A stretch of DNA of 64,000 bases from an uncultured Candidatus Saccharibacteria bacterium (GCA_964450805.1 CAYVDD010000001.1:521288-585287); one strand, 5' to 3'; numbered from the stretch's first letter, positions 8,984 to 18,771 are shown. Program-made: numbers and translations. The notes: a model not told the origin generated them from the sequence alone.

Positions 8984-9028
8984 TTAGTGTCCGAGGCGTC
9001 AGTAATCCGTTTGGATGGTCTGTAAATT
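8984..9028 (+). pseudogene. orphan 3' fragment of an M23 peptidase gene (copy 2 of the duplication)
   Basis: agt gtc cga ggc gtc agt aat ccg ttt gga tgg tct gta aat taa translates to SVRGVSNPFGWSVN*. The live gene ends HFSVRGASNPFSF*. Confidence 0.65.
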
Positions 9029-9035
9029 AAGATTT

Positions 9036-9075
9036 AAAAACTGCTTCTAGAAAGAGCAGTAAAGAGCAGTTTTTA
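9036..9075. terminator. bidirectional intrinsic terminator
   Basis: aaaaactgct ... agcagttttt with an A-run and a T-run on the flanks. Includes a tandem 10-nt duplication aaagagcagt x2 (9051-9070). Confidence 0.5.
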
Positions 9076-9104
9076 AATATCAAATCTAAATAATATTGTT
9101 AAGA

Positions 9105-9467
9105 TTAGGTTTTTAATCGGCAATCCATACAAATTCTTGCCTCTGGATAAATATTTAGTCTTTCATCAGGGATTTGTTTTTTGCATTTTTCACAAATACC
9201 GTAATCACCCTTTTCTATTTTTTTCAGTGCATTATTAATATTTTTAAGCCTGAGCTCCAAATTATGTTCAATCGGTAAAAGACTATTATATTCTTCTACT
9301 TCATCAGCAGCAGTTTCTAAATCTGAGCTGCCTAAACTGGGGAACTTGGTGTCCCAGTCTCCCTTTACTTTTTCGTCTTTAGTAGCAAAAGTTTTAAGTT
9401 GTTTTTCAATTTGTTGTTTTTCTTTTTCTAATCTTTCTTTTAAATGTTCAATCGTTTTTTTATCCAT
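9105..9467 (-). CDS. DksA/TraR-family C4 zinc-finger protein
   Basis: Coiled-coil N-terminus and CEKCKKQIPDERLNIYPEARICMDC. Confidence 0.8.
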   Translation of the reverse strand: MDKKTIEHLKERLEKEKQQIEKQLKTFATKDEKVKGDWDTKFPSLGSSDLETAADEVEEYNSLLPIEHNLELRLKNINNALKKIEKGDYGICEKCKKQIPDERLNIYPEARICMDCRLKT

Positions 9468-9481
9468 AATTTCAATGTTTC

Positions 9482-11800
9482 TTATTCTAAGCCTTGTTTA
9501 AGCTGATTTATTCTTGAAAAAGCGCTGTTTATAATTTGTTCAGAAATTTGTTTTTGCTCTATTGCTTTAAAAAACTCATCAAACGCTTGTTCAACAGAAG
9601 AACGCCAGCCAGAGAAAATCAAAATATCATTTCCAGATAAAACAGGCTTGGTTATTATTTCATTTAAGGTGAAATTATTAAGCAGGGAATTTTGACTCAA
9701 ATCATCAGAAATAATTAAAATTTCAGAGCCTAAACTGCTTTTCAAAAACTCAATACCTGCTGATGAAAAGCTGAACGGCAAAACTGGATCAATATCCTGA
9801 TAAATAACATTTGCTGTCATAATTATTTCAGGATCTGCCTCAAGTGCTTTTTGAAAATGTGATGTCTCAGGCAGATCAGTTGTTGCTAGTTTGTCTTCTG
9901 GATTAAAGTCAATATTAACATAGCCAGGGAAGTGTTTAACAGCAGTTAAAATACCAGCGTCTTTCTGTCCTTTAATAAGAGATTTGGCTAATTCACCTGA
10001 CAATTCAGTTGATTTTTGAAATGAACGTTTAAAAAGAAAATCATTATTCTGAGCATTATCCAAGACAGGAGAAAGATTAAGATTAATTCCTAGAGACTTT
10101 AATTCTTCACCTCTCTTTAATCCAACTGCATAAGCATAATTTTGAGTTGGGATTTCAGATTGAGCAGTTTTCTCTTTTAAAAATTCAATCCTTGAAACAG
10201 AGCCTCCTTCCTGGTCAACAGCAATCAAAAGAGGCAGTCCAGTTTCTTTTTTTGAAAGAGTTTGAAGTTCATCTGTTAAAGTTTTTAGCTGTTCTTCATT
10301 TTCAATATTTTCAGAAAGAAGCAGAACTCCTCCTGGCTTGTATTTTTTAAAGAATTGTTCAACTTCAGCAGTAACAGCCTTGCCTTCAAAACCAACAATA
10401 AATAACTGACCAGCTTTGTTTTTTAACTCACTAATTACAGCTTGTTCTTTTAATGCTTTTATTGTTTCTTCTATACTTTTAAAGGAAGTGCTGAGAGCAA
10501 AGTAGTTATCAAATACAACATAACAAATGCCCAAATCATTGATTGAAATTGTTAAAAAGCGAAAAGCAACGTTTTCAAAAGCATAATCTTTAAATTTAGT
10601 AGAAGCAGTCGTAATTTTATTTCCAGCAATTAATAATCCGTTTGTAATTATATCATTCTCCCAGCTGGTTAAAGCTGTGTTTAATTTTTCTTTATCTTTA
10701 ATTTCAGCAATAATCACACCTCTTTTGCCGTGTTCTTGAGGGTAAACCAATAAATTTGAAGTATCAATATCTAAACTTTCTAAAACTTCTGTTGGTATTG
10801 TTATTTGAAATACTTGAGCAATATCATTTAAACTGAACAAGTATTTTTCCTCTTCGTTTTTAATGATAATACGTATAAATTCGTTTTCTGTTAATTCTTG
10901 GGCTATTATCTGGCTGTAAATATTTCTTATATTCTCGCTACTTGTAGCATTAAAAGTAAGAGTATTTTTAACAGCAATTAAAGATTTAGGAATAGAGATT
11001 GCCGGTTCTTCTACTTCTTTAATAATTTCTTCTTCTTGAGGAGTTTCTTGGTCAACAGTTAATTGTTGTTTTTGAGAAAAAAACCAACAACCAAAACTTA
11101 TAATAAAAACAACAAACATAAAAATACCAACTCTTACAAAAACCTTTTTTAAAGGAGAAGGTCTTTTTGGAGGCTTTGGAATAAGAATTTCTTCTGGTAA
11201 AGGTTTTTTGACTGGTTCTGGTCTGGTTTTTTGTTCAGTTTTCGGTTTTTCTGGTTCAGCTTGAAGCCCAACAATTCTCTCTCTTTCTTTTTTAGCCTCA
11301 GATTCTCTTAGGCTTTTAATGTCTTTTTTCATTGTTTTTATCTCTTCTCTTCTCAGGAGTTTTAATTTTTCACTTTCTTCTCGTAAGGGAGCTGTTTTTG
11401 GTTTTTCAAAAGAAGGCCTTATTTCTTCTTTAATTTCAGGCTCAGGTTTTTGAGGTTCTACTGCCTGCTTTTGGGTTGGTTTTTGTTCCAGGGCTTGCTC
11501 TAATTCTTGTTTTGCTTGCTCTTCTGACACTCTAGGTGCTGGCGCAGGAGAAGGTGTTGGTTGAGGAGTTTCTATTTTTTCTGAAGGTTCAGAAACAGCT
11601 GGCTCTGGTATAGTCGGCATTTTAACTGGAGATGGTTGTTCTTGAGGAATCTGTGGTTTAGCATCTGTTTCGGTAGCTTCACCTAAAGGAGCTCTTCTTA
11701 ATTTTTCTCGAGCTCTTTCTAAAGGAGTTTTAGTTTTAGTCTTAAGAAGTTTTAATTCTTTTTTTTCTAATTGGTTATTTTCTTGTTCTATGTTTGGCAT
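9482..11800 (-). CDS. membrane-anchored glycoside hydrolase family 3 (NagZ-like beta-N-acetylhexosaminidase) with long Pro/Glu/Lys-rich N-terminal region
   Basis: About 220 aa low-complexity PEK-rich region, one TM (VGIFMFVVFIISFGCWFF), a middle domain, then GH3 motifs LLIAVDQEGGSVSRI and KHFPGYVNID. Confidence 0.75.
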   Translation of the reverse strand: MPNIEQENNQLEKKELKLLKTKTKTPLERAREKLRRAPLGEATETDAKPQIPQEQPSPVKMPTIPEPAVSEPSEKIETPQPTPSPAPAPRVSEEQAKQELEQALEQKPTQKQAVEPQKPEPEIKEEIRPSFEKPKTAPLREESEKLKLLRREEIKTMKKDIKSLRESEAKKERERIVGLQAEPEKPKTEQKTRPEPVKKPLPEEILIPKPPKRPSPLKKVFVRVGIFMFVVFIISFGCWFFSQKQQLTVDQETPQEEEIIKEVEEPAISIPKSLIAVKNTLTFNATSSENIRNIYSQIIAQELTENEFIRIIIKNEEEKYLFSLNDIAQVFQITIPTEVLESLDIDTSNLLVYPQEHGKRGVIIAEIKDKEKLNTALTSWENDIITNGLLIAGNKITTASTKFKDYAFENVAFRFLTISINDLGICYVVFDNYFALSTSFKSIEETIKALKEQAVISELKNKAGQLFIVGFEGKAVTAEVEQFFKKYKPGGVLLLSENIENEEQLKTLTDELQTLSKKETGLPLLIAVDQEGGSVSRIEFLKEKTAQSEIPTQNYAYAVGLKRGEELKSLGINLNLSPVLDNAQNNDFLFKRSFQKSTELSGELAKSLIKGQKDAGILTAVKHFPGYVNIDFNPEDKLATTDLPETSHFQKALEADPEIIMTANVIYQDIDPVLPFSFSSAGIEFLKSSLGSEILIISDDLSQNSLLNNFTLNEIITKPVLSGNDILIFSGWRSSVEQAFDEFFKAIEQKQISEQIINSAFSRINQLKQGLE

Positions 11801-13910
11801 GCTCTTTTTTGTTTAAAGATAAATTAATTCTTCCTTGCTCATCAATGGAAATTATTTTAACTTCCACCATATCTCCTATTTTAACAATATCTGTAACTTT
11901 TTTCACCCTATAAGGGGCTAATTTAGAAATGTGAATCATGCCATCCTGGCCAGGTAAGATTTCAACAAAGGCTCCAAAGTCTAAAATCTTTATTACTTTC
12001 CCCTGAAAAACCTGTCCAACTTTTACCTCTTTTGTAATATTTTTCACCCATTCAGCAGCTTTTTTGACAGCTTCTTCTTCCTCAGCAGTAATAAAAACTT
12101 TTCCTGTTTCTTCAATGTCAATAGAAACATTGCATTCTTCAATAATTTCGTTTATTATTTTTCCTCCTGGTCCAATAACCTTGCCGATTTTTTCTGGATT
12201 AATATTAATAACCAATATCCTGGGAGCATAAGGAGAAAGTTTTGCTCTTGGTTTTTCCAAAGTTTTTTTCATTTCATCCAAGATTTCAATCCGTGATTTT
12301 TTAGCTTTTTCTAAAGATTCTTTAAACATCTTTGCTGTAATCCCAGCAACTTTTACATCCATCTGAATAGCTGTTGCTCCTTTTCTGCTGCCTGCTAATT
12401 TGAAATCCATGTCGCCGTTATGGTCTTCAGGGCCCTGAATATCAGTTAAAAGCTTATAATTAGTTTTACTGGTTGGAAACTTTATCCCATGTTCAACTAC
12501 TAGACCTATAGAAATTCCAGCTACAGGCGATTTTAATGGAACTCCGGCATCAAATAGAGCCAAAGAAGAGCTGCAGACTGAAGCCATACTGGTTGAGCCG
12601 TTTGAAGATAAAATCTCAGAAACAACTCTTATTGTATAAGGAAAATCATCAGAACAAGGAACTAGGGGCGCAAGAGATTTTTCAGCCAATACACCGTGAC
12701 CAATTTCTCTTCTGCCTGGTCCTCTAATTGGTCTTACTTCTCCTACTGAATAAGGGGGAAAATTATAATGATGCATAAATCTTTTTTTTCCCACAATTTC
12801 CATGCCTTCAATTAATTGAACATCACCAGGAGCTCCTAAAGTAAGAATTGATAAAGATTTCGTTTGTCCCCTTAAAAAAACTCCAGAACCATGAGTTCTT
12901 GGTACAAGGCCTACCTGGCAGTCAATCTTCCTTATTTCGTTTAATTTTCTTCCATCAATTCTTTTTTCTTTTTCCAGTATATTGGTTCGGACAATGTTTT
13001 TGATTTCTTCTTCAAAAACCTCAACAGCATAGCTTATTTTCTCTGGATAATTGTCCTGGACAAAAGCAATCACTTCTTCTTTCAATTGGTTAACTTCATA
13101 TTTCCTTAATCTTTTATCTTTTTGATAGAGTGCTTTTTCTAATTTGTCTTTTGTTATTTTGTTTATTTCATTTTCCAGCTCTGTTTCTTTTACGGTTTCT
13201 GGTATAATAATTTTCTCTTTCCTTTTTTCTTTTATAATCTTATTTTCAAAATCAATTATCTTTTTAAGATAAGGTTTTGCAAAATTATAGGCATCTAAAA
13301 TCAAGTTTTCATTCACTTCATTAAAATCGCCTTCTATCATATTAATTAAAACATCTTCTTCTTTTTGCACAGCAGTAAAAACAATATTCATATCGCTTTC
13401 TTCTTTTTGTTCATAGGTTGGATTTAAAATAAATTTATTTTCAATTCTTCCAACTCTAATTGCTGTTATTGGTCCCTGCCAGGGGATATCAGATATTGAA
13501 AGAGCTAAAGATGATGCCAAAAGAGCTACAGTATCAGGATCATTCTGGCCGTCCCATGAAAGAACTGTAGCCACAACCTGTATTTCTCTCTTCATTTTTT
13601 TATCAAAAAGCGGCCTGATGGCTCTATCAATTAATCTTGAATTGCAAATTGCCTCATCTGTAGGTCTGCCTTCTCTTTTTATGTATCTAGGGCCTTTAAT
13701 CTTGCCAGCTGCATAAAACTTTTCTTCGTAGTTTACACTAAGAGGAAAAAAATTAAGACCTTTTTTTTCTCCTCCAGACATTACTGCTGTAGCTAAAACC
13801 TGGGTGTCTCCATAACGAACAAAAACAGAACCATTACTTTGTTCTGCTAAATTTGAAGTTTCAACTATTAGATTTCTTTTAGCGATTTCTATTTTAAATT
13901 TTTCAGCCAC
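11775..13910 (-). CDS. pnp: polyribonucleotide nucleotidyltransferase (PNPase)
   Basis: Two RNase PH domains, KH (GKVIGPGGKIINEI) and S1 (GQVFQGKVIKILDFGAFVEI), 711 aa. Confidence 0.95.
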   Translation of the reverse strand: MAEKFKIEIAKRNLIVETSNLAEQSNGSVFVRYGDTQVLATAVMSGGEKKGLNFFPLSVNYEEKFYAAGKIKGPRYIKREGRPTDEAICNSRLIDRAIRPLFDKKMKREIQVVATVLSWDGQNDPDTVALLASSLALSISDIPWQGPITAIRVGRIENKFILNPTYEQKEESDMNIVFTAVQKEEDVLINMIEGDFNEVNENLILDAYNFAKPYLKKIIDFENKIIKEKRKEKIIIPETVKETELENEINKITKDKLEKALYQKDKRLRKYEVNQLKEEVIAFVQDNYPEKISYAVEVFEEEIKNIVRTNILEKEKRIDGRKLNEIRKIDCQVGLVPRTHGSGVFLRGQTKSLSILTLGAPGDVQLIEGMEIVGKKRFMHHYNFPPYSVGEVRPIRGPGRREIGHGVLAEKSLAPLVPCSDDFPYTIRVVSEILSSNGSTSMASVCSSSLALFDAGVPLKSPVAGISIGLVVEHGIKFPTSKTNYKLLTDIQGPEDHNGDMDFKLAGSRKGATAIQMDVKVAGITAKMFKESLEKAKKSRIEILDEMKKTLEKPRAKLSPYAPRILVININPEKIGKVIGPGGKIINEIIEECNVSIDIEETGKVFITAEEEEAVKKAAEWVKNITKEVKVGQVFQGKVIKILDFGAFVEILPGQDGMIHISKLAPYRVKKVTDIVKIGDMVEVKIISIDEQGRINLSLNKKEHAKHRTRK

Positions 13911-13924
13911 AATAATATTTTTAA

Positions 13925-14428
13925 TTACTTTTTTAACAAATATTTTCTTGGATTTTTATCGATATCAATGAATTCATCAGCTTCTTTTTTAAGCATTAAA
14001 GAAGCTGACCTTCCAAAAGCAATAACCTCAACTCTTTTTCCTCGGTTTTTTAAATATTCAATCAATTGAAGAAAATCTCCATCTCCTGAAGCTAAAACAA
14101 TTGTATCAACAGTAGGAGATATTCTAATGGCGTCAACAGTAATGCCTACATCCCAATCAGCTTTTTTATGACCTCCATAAAATTCCTGTAAATCCCGTAC
14201 CTTTGTTTCTATTCCCAAACCTGTTAAAGCCTCAAAAAAAGGTTTTTCTTCACCAGTTTTTGTTCTAACCACATAACCAAAAGCTCTTATCAGGCTTCTT
14301 TTACTGACTGCTATTTTAAGAATTTCCTTGAAATTTACTCTGGCATTATAAAGATTTTTAGCAGAATGATAAAGATTTTGTACATCTATTAAAAGCGCTA
14401 CTCTTTGACTGGTATGCTTTATTGTCAT
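13925..14428 (-). CDS. NYN-domain (LabA/DUF88-like) putative RNase
   Basis: VALLIDVQNLYHSAK..., ...IVLASGDGDFLQLIEYLKNRGKRVEVIAF. The ATGA start/stop overlaps rpsO. Confidence 0.7.
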   Translation of the reverse strand: MTIKHTSQRVALLIDVQNLYHSAKNLYNARVNFKEILKIAVSKRSLIRAFGYVVRTKTGEEKPFFEALTGLGIETKVRDLQEFYGGHKKADWDVGITVDAIRISPTVDTIVLASGDGDFLQLIEYLKNRGKRVEVIAFGRSASLMLKKEADEFIDIDKNPRKYLLKK

Positions 14429-14697
14429 AATGATTTTTTAAGCCCTACTTTTTTCATGATTGCATTATATCTTCTTGTGCTTTCATTTTCCAGGAATTTC
14501 AAAAGCTTTCTTCTTTTTGAAACCATTTTCAAAAGCCCCTTTTTTGAATGAAGGTCTTTAGGATGTTTTTTTAAATGAGACAAAAGCTCTTTAATTTGTT
14601 CGGAAAGCAAACCAATCTGGACTTCAGGAGAGCCAGTATCTGCTCCATGCTTTTTATGCTCTTTTATAATTTTTTCTTTTTTCTTTGAAATTAACAT
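14425..14697 (-). CDS. rpsO: 30S ribosomal protein S15
   Basis: GADTGSPEVQIGLLSEQIKELLSHLKKHPKDLHSKKGLLKMVSKRRKLLKFL. Confidence 0.95.
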   Translation of the reverse strand: MLISKKKEKIIKEHKKHGADTGSPEVQIGLLSEQIKELLSHLKKHPKDLHSKKGLLKMVSKRRKLLKFLENESTRRYNAIMKKVGLKKSL

Positions 14698-14732
14698 ATT
14701 TTTAAATCATTTAACTTATATTAAGGAGGTTG

Positions 14733-14804
14733 TGTCCCCGGAGGGAATCGAACCCCCATATCCGGCTTAGAAGGCCGGTGTTCTATCCGTTGAACTACGG
14801 GGAC
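14733..14804 (-). tRNA. tRNA-Arg(TCT)
   Basis: Hand-folded cloverleaf. Acceptor GTCCCCG/CGGGGAC, anticodon arm ccggc-CTTCTAA-gccgg, T-loop GGTTCGATT. No encoded CCA. Confidence 0.85.
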
Positions 14805-14861
14805 TTTAGGATAAAATGATATCATTATTTTAGCTGAAAATCAAAAAAAATCAAACCTTTT

Positions 14862-15164
14862 TTATCTTATAAAAAAGTTAAAGTATTGTTTGTCATCGGT
14901 TTTTTCAAATTGTTCTTCATTATTTTGCCAGGCTTGGAGAATTTTCTGATATGTTTCTGATTTAAATTTTAATTCTACTTTTACATCCTCTACAGCTTCT
15001 GATTGAGGCATGACGCTGTATCTGTAAAATATGAAACTGCCAAATATTAAAGAAAGTGCAAAAAGCCCTAAAAAAGTAAGAAATGCTTTTTTCGCCAGTT
15101 TTTTAGATAGTTTTTTAATAAAAATCTTTATTTTCTTTAATTTTATGATTTTTTGTTTTGTCAT
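14862..15164 (-). CDS. hypothetical single-pass membrane protein (last gene of the pilus cluster)
   Basis: One TM (AFLTFLGLFALSLIFGSFIFY). Same strand as pilO and directly downstream of it. Confidence 0.5.
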   Translation of the reverse strand: MTKQKIIKLKKIKIFIKKLSKKLAKKAFLTFLGLFALSLIFGSFIFYRYSVMPQSEAVEDVKVELKFKSETYQKILQAWQNNEEQFEKTDDKQYFNFFIR

Positions 15165-15175
15165 AATTCAGAGAT

Positions 15176-15736
15176 TTAATTAGCAAAAGATTTTATTGAA
15201 AAGCTGGCCCTGGTATCGCCAACAGAATATCCTGCAAACTCTTTTGATCTCACATCATTTACAGTCAAACGTATAATGTCCAGTGTTTCAATCTGGGTTA
15301 AATAAGGTCCTGACTCTAATTTTTCAATGAATTTTAAAATATCAGGGAATCTGCCGCTAGCATTGATCTGAAACATAATTGAATACCAGAAATCATCCAT
15401 TTTTATAACTGCTGCAGAAGGAGAAATTTTAATAGACACATCAGAGTTTTCTGAGATTTTTTCCAAGAAGCCAATGAAATTTACAGGTGCTTCTGATTTA
15501 ATAAATAAACTTTCGCCTTTTTCAAGATTTGCCTTTATTTCTTTATAGTTTTTTTTGAATTCTTCAATATTACTCAACTTATTATCTATATAGAGTGAAT
15601 CCTGTTTTTTTAAAGATAATTCTATAGCATTGTCTTTTATGTTTTTATAAATAGGATAAACCAAAAAAATGAGTATAAAAATACTTAAAGCAAGAAAAAC
15701 AATTAATGATAGTTTGATTTTGTCCTTTAGAATCAT
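15176..15736 (-). CDS. pilO: PilO-like type IV pilus assembly protein
   Basis: N-terminal TM plus coiled coil, positioned after pilM-pilN. Start overlaps the pilN stop. Assigned by position and topology. Confidence 0.55.
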   Translation of the reverse strand: MILKDKIKLSLIVFLALSIFILIFLVYPIYKNIKDNAIELSLKKQDSLYIDNKLSNIEEFKKNYKEIKANLEKGESLFIKSEAPVNFIGFLEKISENSDVSIKISPSAAVIKMDDFWYSIMFQINASGRFPDILKFIEKLESGPYLTQIETLDIIRLTVNDVRSKEFAGYSVGDTRASFSIKSFAN

Positions 15737-16287
15737 TGAGTTTCTTTGTTAAATCTGAATCTAATATTAAAATCAATGTTTTCTGGTTCCACCCAGCTTT
15801 CAGGAGAAAAATAAATATCAGAAAAACTCTGTTCTTTTTTAAGATTTTCCTGAAGAATTAAAAGTGTTTCTCTGTCAGGACTAAAGCCGCTAATTGATAC
15901 GCGCGGATTCTCTTTGCCTTTTATTCTTGGAAGCGCAAAGTTAAAACTGGTCAAATAAACCTCAGAAGTAAGAGTTGCGTCAATGCTTTCTAAAAGCTGA
16001 GTTATACTTGTGCTCTCCTGATAAAAAGAATCCAGTTCAGAAAGAAAAGTATTTGCTTCTTTTATTTCTTTCTCTAATTCCTCATTCAAAGAAAGAGTTT
16101 TCTGTTTTTCCTGAAGCAGTATTTTTTCAGCTTCCAAGTCCCATAAGGTATAATTTTTAATTAAAAAAAGAATCAAAGATAAACAAATCAAGAAACACAA
16201 AAAAAGAGTTCCTAAAATTAAAGACAGTCTAAAGAGTTCCTCTTCTAAAAGCCTTTGTTTCTGTTTTATTGGCAATAGATTAATCAT
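15733..16287 (-). CDS. pilN: PilN-like fimbrial assembly protein
   Basis: MINLLPIKQKQ... N-terminus, TM and coiled coil. Confidence 0.7.
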   Translation of the reverse strand: MINLLPIKQKQRLLEEELFRLSLILGTLFLCFLICLSLILFLIKNYTLWDLEAEKILLQEKQKTLSLNEELEKEIKEANTFLSELDSFYQESTSITQLLESIDATLTSEVYLTSFNFALPRIKGKENPRVSISGFSPDRETLLILQENLKKEQSFSDIYFSPESWVEPENIDFNIRFRFNKETQ

Positions 16288-17419
16288 ATGTCAGTGAAAA
16301 TTTGTTATTTCCTTTTACTGCTCTAATAGCCAATCCCAGCGCAGTGCTGTATCCTAAAAATTGTTCACTTTTCTGCTGTTTTAATTCAGTTTTGCCAGGA
16401 GAAACGTTTATCCAAGGGTTTCCGATTTCAACCGGTAGTTTTAATTCCATTGAAAGCAATTCAGGAAAACCTTTTAAATTAGAGCCTCCTCCACAAAGCA
16501 TAATCTTTGAAACTTTTTTATATTTAAGAGAAAGATGTTCATTGCTGGAATGAGTTTGATAATATTCCAGATATTTTCTGATTTGCTGAGTTAAATCAAC
16601 TAAAGCTGGGATTAGAGCTTCAAAAATCTTTTTCTCTTCTTTTTTGTTTGTTTTTTCCTGGTTATTTATTTTTCCTGTTAAGCCGTATTTAATTTTTAAA
16701 CCTTCAGCTTTTTCTAGACTTACACCTATGGCTTTAGCGATAATTTCAGTAAAGTGATTTGAAGAAACTGAAATAGAGGAAGTAAACCTTAAGCTATGGC
16801 CGGAAAATATGATAAAACTGGTTCTTGTTGCCCCAAAATCAATTAAAAGAACTGGTGAAATTGCTGTTTCATCTTTTATTAAAGCTCTAATAATAGCCAA
16901 GGATTCAATCTCCAGAGCAAAGGGTTCTAATCCTGCCAGCTTTAATGAAGAAACATAGGGGTCAACGGTTTGTTTAGGCAAAGCAGCAATTAAAATATCA
17001 TAATGGTCTAAATGATTCTGTATTGGTTTGACAATCTGAAAATCTAAATAAACTTTTTCTAAAGGTGTGGGTATATAGTTTTCAGCCTCGTAAATTACAG
17101 CTGAGTCTAAATCTTCTTCTGGCACTTTTGGCATTTGTATTACCTGCAGGAATGCTTTTTCTTCTGGCAAAGAAGTGATTACGTATTTTGTTTTTATTTT
17201 TTCTCCTTTTACCTGCCTGATAGCTGTTTCAATTGTTCGTGCTAGCTTGTTGTCATCTATAATCTCCCCAGCTTTAATTATGCCTGGCTTCATTTTCGTT
17301 TCTCCAAAAGAAACAAGTTTTAATTTTCCTTCTTTCTTTTTAATCTGGGCAATTTTCAACGACAAGTCTGATATGTCCAGTCCAAATATTTCCCGTTTTA
17401 TACTAAAATATTCCAACAT
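16280..17419 (-). CDS. pilM: type IV pilus assembly protein PilM (actin-like ATPase fold)
   Basis: FGLDISDLSLKIAQ, LIDFGATRTSF, MLCGGGSNLKGF. Confidence 0.85.
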   Translation of the reverse strand: MLEYFSIKREIFGLDISDLSLKIAQIKKKEGKLKLVSFGETKMKPGIIKAGEIIDDNKLARTIETAIRQVKGEKIKTKYVITSLPEEKAFLQVIQMPKVPEEDLDSAVIYEAENYIPTPLEKVYLDFQIVKPIQNHLDHYDILIAALPKQTVDPYVSSLKLAGLEPFALEIESLAIIRALIKDETAISPVLLIDFGATRTSFIIFSGHSLRFTSSISVSSNHFTEIIAKAIGVSLEKAEGLKIKYGLTGKINNQEKTNKKEEKKIFEALIPALVDLTQQIRKYLEYYQTHSSNEHLSLKYKKVSKIMLCGGGSNLKGFPELLSMELKLPVEIGNPWINVSPGKTELKQQKSEQFLGYSTALGLAIRAVKGNNKFSLTYD

Positions 17420-17499
17420 TTTTATTCTTAATTCTATATTTTTTAAAAATCAAAACTCTTCAGTAGAATTAGAATTTCTTATTTTAATATTTTACATTT

Positions 17500-18771
17500 T
17501 TATTCTATCTCTTGCCAGCTTATTAGTTGCCAAGAAGCTCCTGGTCCAGAGGAAAACAGTGTATTTTCCAGACCTGATTCATAATCAATCTCAGCATTGT
17601 TATCAAGATATATCTTGTAGCCTGTCAGTTCCTTGACTGAAACACCGTTGCGAAGTCTGACTAACCCATTGCTGGCATAAAATATTCCATCTCCAATGCT
17701 GACATTGCCAACATCAATAGCAGGGTCAGATTCCTGCAGGGAATCATTGGTGGATAAAAGCATGATATAGCTTCCTTCAGTTCCAGATCCTCTGAGCCAA
17801 GTCCCATTTCCCACAACAATCTGTCCATCAATAACTATGAGACCGCTTTTGTTGCCATAGCTTGAGTCCAGCCGAATCATGGAAAGGTTTTTTAAAGTGA
17901 GGTCTCCTGTAACCCAGACAGTTCCAGTCAAATTGAGCAGAGACAGATTTTGTATGAGCACATTGCCATTAACTTTTGCAGGGCCCAGAGAATCTGAGCT
18001 TAGAAATTCCAATGTGTAGTTTCCTTCAATTACTTCACCTGCTTGGGCTTCCTGCTTCCAGTTATTGATTTTTTCTTGAGTAATAGGCAGGTCTTGAGAT
18101 TGTATTTCTTCAGACTGCTCGGTGACAAAACCATCAATATCGCAGTTATCAAGAGTTCCTCCAGTTACATAAGTGAAATCACCTCCAATTTCACAATCTA
18201 TGCAGCTGTAAGCCTTGGCATTGTCGCCAATTTCCAGTTCTTCAATCTTATTTCCATTCCCAGCAACAATAATTGAATTATCTATTTCTGCTCCAAACCC
18301 TCCAGTAACACTAGCATTGGAAAAAATACTGCCTTTTACAAAAGAATTGTTGTGCATTTCCATGCCTCCGTCTCCAACCTGAGCTCCGTAATAAAAGGAA
18401 ACTTGGGTGGTAGATAATTCGTAGACCACGCTCACTTTTCTGGTTTTATCTGTTTTTTCCCCTTGTCCAGTAATGATTTTAGCTCCACTCATATCATCAG
18501 TAACTATTGTATTTGTCACAGAAGCACTGCCTGCATTAAAGGAATAAGGGCTGGACCAGTTCATGTCATTTTTGATCCTTAAAAGAGCATCTTCCACTCC
18601 AGCTTCAGCAGCATAATATGCTTGGGTTGAGTTAACAATGTCTTTAAATGATTTCTGCTGAGTATAGGTTAAAAAAGAAATGCTCATAGATGCAGCAATG
18701 ATTACTGACAAAACCAGCATTGCAACATAGAATAATGCAAATCCCTTTTGATTGTTGAAAATATTGTTCAT
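17500..18771 (-). CDS. large pilus-associated protein with PilX-like N-terminal helix
   Basis: QKGFALFYVAMLVLSVIIAASMS N-terminus followed by a Gly/Asn-rich, beta-helix-like region. Located in the minor-pilin operon. Confidence 0.6.
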   Translation of the reverse strand: MNNIFNNQKGFALFYVAMLVLSVIIAASMSISFLTYTQQKSFKDIVNSTQAYYAAEAGVEDALLRIKNDMNWSSPYSFNAGSASVTNTIVTDDMSGAKIITGQGEKTDKTRKVSVVYELSTTQVSFYYGAQVGDGGMEMHNNSFVKGSIFSNASVTGGFGAEIDNSIIVAGNGNKIEELEIGDNAKAYSCIDCEIGGDFTYVTGGTLDNCDIDGFVTEQSEEIQSQDLPITQEKINNWKQEAQAGEVIEGNYTLEFLSSDSLGPAKVNGNVLIQNLSLLNLTGTVWVTGDLTLKNLSMIRLDSSYGNKSGLIVIDGQIVVGNGTWLRGSGTEGSYIMLLSTNDSLQESDPAIDVGNVSIGDGIFYASNGLVRLRNGVSVKELTGYKIYLDNNAEIDYESGLENTLFSSGPGASWQLISWQEIE

